From contig NW_008246076.1 in the NCBI RefSeq assembly GCF_000281045.1, positions 607,547 to 668,718 on the forward strand: DNA of 61,172 nt, in the 5' to 3' direction. Below are positions 11,395-21,084 of the stretch, in pieces. The stretch's first letter is position 1, and each line of letters begins with the position of its first letter. The translations under genes and the position numbers were made by a program. This DNA is from Saprolegnia diclina VS20. Its lineage: Eukaryota. The notes under the pieces were generated by a model. The model saw nothing but the letters and a program-made list of their open reading frames with translations, did not search any database and was not told where the DNA came from.

Positions 11395-13215
11395 ATGTCG
11401 CTCCCCAGTTTGCCTTTTGCGAGTATGAGCACCAAGCTGCGTTTCGTGGCGCCGCCGTCGCGGGCGTCTTCGGGCAAAATCTGGCTCCTCGACGAGAAGC
11501 AGCTCGACGACTTTGCGATCCTCGACACCACCACGTCGACCAACACGCAGACCGAGCGCTTCCACACGCAAATGCTACTGGATCTCGACCCGTACGAGAC
11601 GTCGAGCTACGACAAGCAGAGCGACATGGACGACGACGACGGCGCGCTCCGCGCCGGCACGGCGCTGCGTTTTTTCAGCCTCGAAGCGTTCGCGCTCCTC
11701 AGCCAGTACGCCGGCGTCGGCATCCTCTTCAACACGCTACCCGCGCTCGCGTACCCCGTGTTTCAGAACTATCTGCACATGCAAGGCTACCAAGTGTCGT
11801 CGTACACGGCGCTCATCAACCTCGGGTGGTCGTTCAAGATCTTCTTTGGCATTCTCTCCGACTGCTTTCCGATCTTTGGGCTGCAGCGACGCCCGTACAT
11901 CATTCTCGGCTGGACCATCTGCGCGGCGTGCTGCGCGGTCATGGCGCTGACGCCGTTTGCCAAGCCGTACTACGGCGCTGCATTCCTTGCGCGGCTTCCG
12001 TTGGCCAACATTTCGAAAAGCGACCAAGACGCGTACATGAACCTCGATGCGCCGTCGAGCAGCGGGCTCTTTATCGTGCTCTCCATGGTTGCTAGCCTTG
12101 GCTACGTCATGGCCGTCACCGCCTGCGACGCCATGGCGGTCCAGTACGCGCAGCGCGAAGCGCTGTCCCACCGCGGGCGCATGCAGACCACCATGTATTT
12201 CGTGCGCGATTTTTCGGGGATGGTGCCCCAGATTCTGGTCGGGTTTTGCATGAACGACTACACGTACGGCGGCAGCTTTGACTGGGCGATCTCGCCCAAC
12301 ACGGTCTACGCGATCCTCGTGCTGCCCTGCGCGGTTTGCATCACCACGGCAACCTTCTGGATGGTCGAAGACAAGGTCCTCGTGCTGCACTTTCGTCAGT
12401 ACCTCAAGAACCTCTGGGACCTGCTGCAGCTGCGCGTCATGTGGCAGTTTTGCGCCTTCCAGCTCCTCAACCAAGCGTGCATCGCCTTTGACACGACCGT
12501 CTCGAGCCCGCTCGCGTCGACGCTCCTGCACGTGCAGCCCGTCGCGGACCAAGCGTTCGTCGTCATTGGCATTTTCCTCTACACGGCAACCATGTTTTCC
12601 ATTGGCAAATTTGCTCTCAACTGGGACTGGCACCGCACCGTCATTCTCCACACAGTCCTCCTCGTCGCGCTCGATGCGAGTTTCAAGCTTCCGACGGTCT
12701 GGGGCCTCATCACGAACGAGTACGTCTACCTCGCCGGCCGCACTTGTTTGCAGCTCCCAACGGCCTTCTTGTTTTTGTTTACAACCTATTGTATCGTCGA
12801 AGTCGCCGACGTCGGGAACGAAGGCGCCGTCTACGCGCTTGTAACGACGTGCGCCAACGTCGCGGTGCCCGTCGCGACCTTTCTTTTCAAGACCGTCGAC
12901 GCGTTCTTCGATGTCGAGCTCAACGATATTCAGCGCAACGATACTGCGGTCCGCTGGCAAATGACGTATTGCTATCTCATTGCGTACGCGTTCAAGCTCG
13001 CGTCGCTCGTCTGGCTCGTCTTGCTGCCGCGCCAGAAGGCCCACGTCCAGATCCTCAAGCGTTCGGGGGGCACGAGCCGCATCATGGGTCTCGTGCTTGT
13101 GCTCGTCGTCGCATTTTGCCTCCTCGCGGTCGTTGTCACCAACCTCCTCGCCATCTTTCCGACGACGTCGTGCCTCCGCATTGCTGGCGGTCCGGGCTGT
13201 GCCGTGTCTCCTTAA
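11395..13215 (+). CDS. Folate-biopterin transporter (FBT/BT1) family MFS protein
   Basis: Intronless ~606 aa multi-TM ORF with WSFKIFFGILSDCFPIFGLQRRPYIILGW, QREALSHRGRMQT and GNEGAVYALVTT. Confidence 0.9.
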   Translation: MSLPSLPFASMSTKLRFVAPPSRASSGKIWLLDEKQLDDFAILDTTTSTNTQTERFHTQMLLDLDPYETSSYDKQSDMDDDDGALRAGTALRFFSLEAFALLSQYAGVGILFNTLPALAYPVFQNYLHMQGYQVSSYTALINLGWSFKIFFGILSDCFPIFGLQRRPYIILGWTICAACCAVMALTPFAKPYYGAAFLARLPLANISKSDQDAYMNLDAPSSSGLFIVLSMVASLGYVMAVTACDAMAVQYAQREALSHRGRMQTTMYFVRDFSGMVPQILVGFCMNDYTYGGSFDWAISPNTVYAILVLPCAVCITTATFWMVEDKVLVLHFRQYLKNLWDLLQLRVMWQFCAFQLLNQACIAFDTTVSSPLASTLLHVQPVADQAFVVIGIFLYTATMFSIGKFALNWDWHRTVILHTVLLVALDASFKLPTVWGLITNEYVYLAGRTCLQLPTAFLFLFTTYCIVEVADVGNEGAVYALVTTCANVAVPVATFLFKTVDAFFDVELNDIQRNDTAVRWQMTYCYLIAYAFKLASLVWLVLLPRQKAHVQILKRSGGTSRIMGLVLVLVVAFCLLAVVVTNLLAIFPTTSCLRIAGGPGCAVSP

Positions 13216-13412
13216 TTTAAACTGTACATGCTTTTTGCCGCATTTTCTTCTTGTTTTATCAGCACTTTACGTCCATAGTCCGTTCGTCTATGCATGTGGT
13301 TGCTATGAAGCATTGTGGTTGCGGTTAGGGCTCTCCAGACGACCCGACATTTCACTTTGAATTCTGCTTGCCACGTATTTGGCCAGGGAACTGCACTACG
13401 AATATGTAACCA

Positions 13413-13457
13413 TGGTGAGAGAGCTTGGTGAGAGAGCTTGGTGAGAGAGCTTGGTGA
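13413..13457 (+). repeat. 13-bp tandem repeat (TGGTGAGAGAGCT) x3.5
   Basis: Directly visible between the two FBT genes. Confidence 0.9.
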
Positions 13458-13744
13458 TTTTGCGTGGCAGTTGCTAACGGCGCGGTGCTTCTTTTTTCCG
13501 TAAAACTGCAGTCATCACCGCCTCCAGCCGAGAGAAAGGACATATGCGTGGCTCGTCGAGTAACTCAGATTTTGACAAGCAACGAGAATAAGGCAACGTA
13601 GCTAAAGGCGACCGATCAAATGCTACGCTGGCCAAAGCGCAGTGCACTAGAAGGATAGTCCTTGGAGGCTGCGGTTTCGCTCTTCTTCCAGCGAAACGAT
13701 ATCCCTCGATCGTCGAAGCGCGCATTTTTCTCAGCGACACAAAC

Positions 13745-15304
13745 ATGGCCTTCAAGACCGCATGGACGCTACCAACGCCCACGTCATCTCCGCACGAATG
13801 GATCTGCCTCGACTCGTCGCCCGGAAGTCGCAGCGCGAGCCGTGCGTCGTCGCACGTGAGCGACTTTGGCAGTGGCCTTCGCGCGGGCCCCCCGCCCGAG
13901 CTCCAGAGCCCATCGATTCGGGGGCTGCTGTTGCAGTACGCCTGCATCGGCCTTGTCACAAGCACACTCCCCCTGCTCCCGTCCACAGTCTTTCAAGATG
14001 ATTTCAACCAACCTCATCTGGCCTCGGTCTACGCCGCGCTGTGCACGCTGCCGTGGCTCGCAACGCCTTTTCTCGGGCTCCTCGCCGACTGCCTGCCCCT
14101 CGCCCACCGCCGACGTCGTGTCTGCATGGTGCTCGGGTGGGCGCTCTGTGCTGCGTCCTGTCTCGCCATGGCCATCACGCCGCTGCGCGCGCAGAACGCC
14201 ACGTCATTGCACGTGTTTTGCTTGCTCACGACGGTGTGCGCGAGTCTCGGGTGCGCGATTGCCGCCGCAGCCTCGGACGCGCTTCTTGTCGCGTTTGCGC
14301 AAACCGAGCGCATTTGGGAGCGCGGCCGACTGCAGACGCGCGCGCTTGTGCTTCGCGCGACGGGCACGTTCGTGCCACAGGTGCTTGTAGGTGCCATGGC
14401 GCTCAAAAGCGCCAGCGTCATCTACGCCCTTTTGACGGTCGCGAGCGTCGGTGCAGCGAGCGCCGCGATCCTCGTCGTCACCGAACCCGTGTTCGAGCCC
14501 GCGCTGTCCACGCGGCACTATCTGCACCTGCTCTGGGCGACCTTGCAGCAGCGCGTCGTGTGGCAGCTCTGCGCCTTCCAAGTGCTCTTTGGTGTCTGTT
14601 TTTATGTGCCAAGTTTTCTCGAGTCGGCGCCGTGGCTAGCGCTCGAGGCGCGCCCGGTGGTATGGTTCAACCTCGGTAACACGGTCGTCGCCATTGCTGC
14701 ACTCTTAGCGATGGGTGTCAGTGGCCTTGGCCTCGACTGGCGCAAATTGATCGTGGCCAGCACCGCTTTGTTCATTGTTGGCAGCGTCGCTGTGCACTTC
14801 GGTGCTTTGTACAGTGCCTTGCCGGACGAGTACACGTACTTGGTCGTACACATGCTGCTGCAAGCGCCCAATGTTGTTTTGCTGTTGCCAGCCAACTATT
14901 GCCTCGTCGAAGTCGCTAGCGCTGGTGCCGAAGGCGCGCTCGCGGGCCTCGTCTCGACGTGCTTTGTCATCGCCCGCCCCGTGGCTGCACTGGCCTATCG
15001 CGCATTGCGCGCAGCGTGGCCAGCCGACATGAGCAAAGACGATGGATCGACGCTGGAGGCTACGCGTCTTATACTGGTGGTGTTTCTGATCCAAGCGACC
15101 TCGCTCTTCTGGCTCTGGCTCCTCCCACGGCAAAAAGCCCACGTCGTCCAGCTCAAGCTGCATGGCGGTTCGAGCGCCGCCGGTGGTGGACTGCTCGTGC
15201 TCTGTGTCTTACTCATGCTGGCGTTGGCCGTGACGACCAGCGTCCTCCCGACGCTACCGACCACGAGTTGTCTCTGGATCGCTGGGGGCAGCGGCTGCAA
15301 ATAG
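13745..15304 (+). CDS. FBT/BT1 family MFS transporter, divergent tandem paralog
   Basis: 519 aa. GLLADCLPLAHRRRRVCMVLGW, ERGRLQT, LLPRQKAHV and the C-terminal TSCLWIAGGSGC are shared with the upstream paralog. Confidence 0.88.
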   Translation: MAFKTAWTLPTPTSSPHEWICLDSSPGSRSASRASSHVSDFGSGLRAGPPPELQSPSIRGLLLQYACIGLVTSTLPLLPSTVFQDDFNQPHLASVYAALCTLPWLATPFLGLLADCLPLAHRRRRVCMVLGWALCAASCLAMAITPLRAQNATSLHVFCLLTTVCASLGCAIAAAASDALLVAFAQTERIWERGRLQTRALVLRATGTFVPQVLVGAMALKSASVIYALLTVASVGAASAAILVVTEPVFEPALSTRHYLHLLWATLQQRVVWQLCAFQVLFGVCFYVPSFLESAPWLALEARPVVWFNLGNTVVAIAALLAMGVSGLGLDWRKLIVASTALFIVGSVAVHFGALYSALPDEYTYLVVHMLLQAPNVVLLLPANYCLVEVASAGAEGALAGLVSTCFVIARPVAALAYRALRAAWPADMSKDDGSTLEATRLILVVFLIQATSLFWLWLLPRQKAHVVQLKLHGGSSAAGGGLLVLCVLLMLALAVTTSVLPTLPTTSCLWIAGGSGCK

Positions 15305-15559
15305 AAGTAGAAGTCTTCGTATCGTATGAAGTGTTCTGTAATGAATTGTGTCTATACTTCGAGACCGCAGTCCAAGGCTGCGCTGGGTCGTCGGGTCGCG
15401 CTTTGTGATTGGTCGGTGCGCCAAGCAGACTGTCAATGCATCAACGCGTACCCTAGCCCTAGTCTGGAAACCCTAATCCACAAGCACTTGGGCGTCGTGC
15501 ACGTTAACTTGTAATTGCGGTACATCTTTCGTCACTGCACCGCAACGGGTTCATTCGAT

Positions 15560-16654
15560 TTAAATACTAATGTCGAGCTCGTCCAGAGTGTCTTGTTCGT
15601 ACAAGAGACGCTCACTGCTTCGCAACGTACTCGCCATGGACTGAATCGTCATGCGCATGTGCAGCATGTGCACCAAGTTGCGCTGCTCCGAGATGGCTTC
15701 TTGCACGCGGCGCATGTCGTCGACCATCGCCGCCGACGCGCGGCCCATCGAAGACGCTTCCGTCGCGGCGCTGTCCCGTATGCCGCTGGGCCGTGCGTCG
15801 AGCGCCTTGGGTTTTGCCGCGGGGCTTGGTTGTTGAGCATTGTCTTGGTCTGTCGCGACAGCTAGCTTGCTTGCGAGGGCGCGCACGCGTGGGCCAAAAG
15901 AGAGTTGCTTGAGCGCATGGCGCTGGAAGAGGAACGCGGGGGTGTGCCCCCCCGGGTCGGCGTGGTAGTACTGGACCGCCTCGAGGCCGCCGTCGTGGCG
16001 CTCGGTGATGAGAACCCACTCGTTGAGCTGCAGCCGGACGCCCGACGCATTGGGCATGTCGTGCGTCACGTCAATCGACTCGCGCACAATGAAAAAGACA
16101 CGCTGGCCTTCTCGGTCCTTGGTCGTGCCGCAAAACTAGACCAGATACAGATGAGACACTTTGTCCAACAACAGAACGACAATGTGTACCTCGTAAAAGA
16201 TAGCGTCGCGGGGCCGAGTGAATAGCACGCCATCAATCGCGAGCTGGAGCGTCTGGCGCTTGACGCCAAACCACTGAAAGTCGTTGTGGGCATCCGTGTG
16301 CGAGGCAAGCACCGCGAGAACGGCGCCGTCGACGTACCGCGTGCCGTGCATGTGTCGCAGATGCGCTTGCCACGTTGAGGTTTCAACGTTGAAGAGGAGG
16401 CGCGCGATAGAGTTAAAGTGCCCGGGCGACGAGCTCACGCCGACGACTTCGTCAAAACGCGAATAGTGTTGCCGCGCCTTGCGCTTGTAGCGCTGGACGC
16501 CGTCGGACGTGGGTGCGAGCGGGCGGAATCCCTCAAAGCGCAAGTCGGCGTCGCGGCTGCTGGGCGAACTCTGAATCACATTGTGGAGCTTGTCGACGAG
16601 CCGCGTGCGCCACGCCGGTGCCTCGGCAGCAAAGGTCGTGTCGATCGTCGGCAT
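15560..16654 (-). CDS. START-like domain protein (oomycete type), 2 exons
   Basis: MPTIDTTF..YVDGAVLAVL..FQWFGVK..RPRDAIFYE, then an intron near 16140-16188, then FCGTTKD..RESIDV..ADPGGHTP. Confidence 0.65.
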
Positions 16655-17766
16655 CAATTTGTAAAATGTAAAATGATCTCGGTGCCACCTGCCTCGTGAC
16701 GAGCCAGCGGGTGGAAAAGCCAGTGCCTTTTGGCAAAGACACTGCCTCTTTGGGCGCTTCCACACCTCTCTTTGCTCGCGCCCACTCTGTAAACAGTCGA
16801 ATCGAGGATGCAGCGCACTTGGGACGCGTACGGCGATCGACGCTCGAACCGCGGACCACGAGTGCCAGGCGAAAGCACCAAAGCGCCACGCACAGGTCAC
16901 GACCATATGGCACGACCGCCATGTAAAAGAGGGCCAAAGCACATTCGTGCACGCTGCAGTGAACGTTGCCGTCGCGTTCGGCGTCGATGGAGCATGCAAT
17001 GGACGGACACGGCGAGTCGCCGACGTTCGAGAGGTGGGCACAAGCAGGTTGGTAATGACAGGCCAGCATTCTGCGTACCGCCACCTCTGACGTGTAGCTC
17101 ACAAAAGGCAACCGGAGAGACTGTATATCCAGTGTACATGAACACCTCTTCGGTGGCCCGTGTTGTCCAGTCGCAACGGAAGTTGGTTGGGCTGGAGGCG
17201 CGGAATGGTCGAGTTCGCACTGTGGGGAACAAACACGCTGCGTAGCGCATTCCTGCGTCCCGCCTCGTCGAGTCAACGTCACTTCGAACCCACAATTCTG
17301 CCGTGTAACAAGAAGCATTCGATATCATTTCAGGCGCTGCGACCGACGTCGCTCAAGGCGCCTCTGCTAACTCTGTATTAAACAGCACACTGGAACTGAA
17401 CATTATTGGTGCTGTCGTCCACCAGTGGTGGCCATCAGTGGTGAAGCACAGTTGGTTTCGGCGCTTGGAATGGACTCTATATCTTGGTGCGCCAACCCTA
17501 AAACGCTCTAATTTTGTTGTTGTAGAGGACAAATTTGACGTTTGTGAGCTCATCTCGCCCGAGAATCCAGTGTTTGGGTGCACTCTCGTATCGTTCTGTC
17601 GCGCCCGACATGGGGCGCATAGGAGCGACGCCAACGCGCAACGGTCGTCGTCGATACCGACCTACACGGCGTTGAGCGCTGGAACAATAGCACGCCATAA
17701 ACCCGACTCGATTGTCATATTGCGATCGTCTTGACGGCAAACCAGACAATTTATAACATTATTGAA

Positions 17767-18537
17767 ATGGGGTGCCAAGGGTCGTCCGAGCGCTACGCAG
17801 TGCACACCAAGGCGGATGGCAGCCTCGTTCTCTCAAGAGACCACCGACGACTGCTGCTCAAGTACGCGCCTCACTTTATCGCGACCCGCATGCCCACGGA
17901 CAAGGACGAAGCGCTCATGAGCCAGAGCTGGGACGACGTCATTGGCCGCCGACTCCGCGGCGAGATGCAACACCGGCAAAAGCAGCAACAACAAGAGAAG
18001 CAAGAGACCGAGCCGGACGCCGAGGCCTCCAGCGCCACGTCGGCGATCGTGCAATTCTACGATACATTTTTCGGCCAACTCTACAGGCTCAACCCCGAGA
18101 CCCGCGCGGTGTTTCGCAACTCGATGCACGTCCAGAGCAAAGCGCTGGTCAATATCGTCGGCGCGATTCGACACATTTTGCACTCGGCCGATGCGTGCGC
18201 CGACATGACGGCGCTGGCCGTGAGCCACATTCAATATGGCGTCAAGCTCGAGTACTTTGACTGCCTCGGGGTTGCGCTCGCGGCGACGCTGCGCAAATTG
18301 GGGGGCGACCTCTGGAACGATGACGTGGCCGACGCGTGGCACACGGTGATTGCGTACATCATTTGCCTCTTGATCCCGCCCTACTTGGAGCGCACGAAGC
18401 GGAAAAGCCGACAGCATCTTTTGACAACACCACCAAGTGCCAAGACGACGCACCCGCTTCTGTCGTCGAGCGCAACGACGATGCGCATTGCTGTCGCCTA
18501 CAATGGGCCGCCGAGCTCCCTGCGTCCCGTCTCGTAA
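17767..18537 (+). CDS. Single-domain globin with an N-terminal MGC acylation motif
   Basis: FYDTFFGQLYRLNPETRAVF (B10-CD1), HVQSKAL (E7 Gln), LAVSHIQYGVK (proximal His F8) and AWHTV (H helix). Starts MGCQGS. Confidence 0.85.
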   Translation: MGCQGSSERYAVHTKADGSLVLSRDHRRLLLKYAPHFIATRMPTDKDEALMSQSWDDVIGRRLRGEMQHRQKQQQQEKQETEPDAEASSATSAIVQFYDTFFGQLYRLNPETRAVFRNSMHVQSKALVNIVGAIRHILHSADACADMTALAVSHIQYGVKLEYFDCLGVALAATLRKLGGDLWNDDVADAWHTVIAYIICLLIPPYLERTKRKSRQHLLTTPPSAKTTHPLLSSSATTMRIAVAYNGPPSSLRPVS

Positions 18538-18796
18538 TAGATGATTTTCATACATCTCGCTCCATAGTCTCCGTGCCAGGGATGAGCAGGATGGATGTTT
18601 CCTTAGGGGTAGGTTTACCAACACAATGGTCACCGTCTTGATTGGAGATATCGCAACCCTGTAGAATAAGAAGCGCCTATACTGTACTATCTCGAATGCT
18701 ACCTCAGACTACACCATTGTGCAAGCCTATAACCATAAATCATGTTGTGAGAGACCCAAGAGGAGCTAGAAAGTGTCAAAGGGCTAGGTATTTCGC

Positions 18797-20074
18797 TTAT
18801 GGTGGCGTCAAATACTCGCGAAGATCTCGATCGAGATAGCCGAAGAAGCGCTGGAGGCGCCGACGAAAGTTGGTGACCGTCAAGTACTCTTCTTGGTCGT
18901 CCGAGACTTCAATACCGAAAAAAGCGCCATATTCGTCCAGCGAGAGGTACCCGCTTCCATCCGCAGCACTGAGCGATGTCACGGTGATGCAGTCCTTGAC
19001 GAGCGTTTGGTCGGGTCCAATCGCTTCGATGACGCGCCTACGTACTCGGATCATGACGCAATTGTCCACAAATTAGACGCTGCGCACCAGCCCGTTTCTT
19101 CGTACATGCCCCGTTGACTCGAGGGGTATTGAGCGTCTTCGACGATGTTTTGGCCCACGAGCACAAATCGACCGGGCTCCGTGTACCGCCGGCACAAGTA
19201 GTGCTGCTCGACGCCCTTGATGAGCGTTTGGTGGCCATACACGAGGTTCTGCCCCTCGAGCTCCTACCACGGTCGCCTCTAGCAGCTGGCCTTTCCCAGA
19301 TTGCACTAACCTCTTGATTGATGCGGCGCACCCAGTTGCCGGTGCTGTTCTCAACGCCGATCTCGGTCACGTCGTCGCAAAAGGCGCCGTAGACGCCCTC
19401 GACATACGCCAGCGACGCGTGCACGACGCGCTGGCTGCGCACCACAAATTGAAACTTGCCGTCGTCCAGGTAAATGTTTATGTCGGAGAAGTCCTGGACC
19501 GAGTTGGACGGGAATGCATTCGCTTGGAACGTCCCGTCGACGTTGTGGTACAAGCGCGTCATGAGCCAGTCCATCGCGAGGCCGCGGGCGCCGGCGTCGG
19601 CGGGCAGCGCGACCGAGTGCCAGTTGGCTGGCGTCGGTGGCATCGACGCCTATGCACGACGTTAGCCTCCGCATTTGCGACGCCAATGATGCATGGTACC
19701 TGCAACGTGGGGCTCAGGCGCGCGACCCATGACCCGAGCACGCGGGCCATCGTCGTGTAGTACTCGAGCTGATCCCGCAGCTGTCGGTTCTTGCCGACCA
19801 CCACTCGAGTCTCATCGCGCAGGCCAAGCGCCACGTCCTTCCACGGCAGCATGCACATGCGGTCGCGCTTCCCGTGTACGGTTAGCGCCGTCCACGTCTG
19901 CTCGAGGTCGGCGACGCGGCGCCGCAGCATCTGCAGCTCCTCGAGGTCCAGTCGCCGGTACTCCCGCTGGCGGACGCGGTTGAGTACGCGCCGCTTCTCA
20001 TCCTTGGAGAGTCCATCGAGACCGTCGACCTCGACATGGACGCCCGCGACCACCGGCAGCACCTCGCGCAGCAT
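18797..20074 (-). CDS. bZIP-like N-terminus plus START-like C-terminus protein (expanded oomycete family), multi-exon
   Basis: KRRVLNRVRQREYRR..LQMLRRRVADLE basic/zipper segment, LPWKDVA motif and WHSVALPAD..GLAMDWLMTRLYHN. Confidence 0.65.
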
Positions 20075-20167
20075 GGTCCGAGGACGACGCTCTGGGCAAG
20101 ATGCGGAGCCCAAGCATCCCACGGGTTGTGACGCCAGCTGGCGCGTGCCAGCTGCTAAAGATGGCAC

Positions 20168-20836
20168 ATGCCACATTCAGCGTATCCATATCCGGAAGCA
20201 CGTCGTGCGGCACCTGCCACAAATAATTCGGCACAAGCACCTTTAGATGTGGCATATGCCACCTATGCATATCCGGATTTTCGGATAGTCTGCCAGAAAG
20301 GCAGCGATGGCCAAGCCGACCGCGCAGCAATCGTTGCGTTTGTCAAGGCGAAGCGCCGGACGGTGCTGACGCTGGAGGAGAAGCTCGACATCTTGCGACT
20401 GCACGTGGGCTTGCGCGAGGAAGGCGTGGTCGACGTCACCGGCAAGATCGCGCAGTGGCTCGGGCGCAGCGACGCCACCGTCAAGGCCGTGCTGCGCGAG
20501 TCCAAGACGACCGGAACGCTCACGGTCGCGCTCCCGCCTTCCAACAAGACCAACCACGCGTCGCGCGTGCCGAGCACACCAGCGGTCCGCGCCTTGGTCA
20601 AGAACTTCCTACGCGACCGCGACGGCCTCCGCACCGTGTGCAAGGACATCGTCGAGCTCCTCCTTGCCAAAGGCAAAGCCAGCATCAAGCGCGTCAGTGC
20701 GACCGAATACGAGACGAAGGACTACAACGCGTGTCTCCGCGCCGTCCACGGCTTTTTGACCCGGGAAGGCTTCAAGTACACGGGGCTGGGTAGCAAAGGG
20801 TCGTACGGAGCGAATGACGACGACGCGTCCGACTAA
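20168..20836 (+). mobile_element. HTH DNA-binding region resembling the N-terminus of a Tc1/IS630-type transposase, without the DDE domain
   Basis: LTLEEKLDILRL..KIAQWLGRSDATVKAV (HTH), PPSNKTNHASRVPST and RTVCKDIV..ACLRAVHGFL. The ORF stops before any catalytic domain. The start codon is uncertain. Confidence 0.55.
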
Positions 20837-21084
20837 ACCGTGTAGTAGATAGAGTCACAGGATGCGTGTCTGTCGCTCTAGCCAGCGTCGATTTGCAGAG
20901 AGACCCTAAGCCCTTGCATCTTCGTATCACGGCGACGGTGCAGGACTGGCTTCCGTTTGACAGCACCCCAAGACGCTTCGACTCGGCCCTAGAGGCTGCA
21001 GTACACCCGACCTAGCTCGGTTGGCACACGCGTGGCCAACTAGCACACGAGCCAAAGTGCAGCATTGAGTTATACCATCAGAAT

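Noticed and set aside
11737..13044. Long antisense ORFs (also 1019-1948, 35801-36778, 39964-40701)
   Set aside because: These are shadows of GC3-rich coding sequence on the opposite strand.
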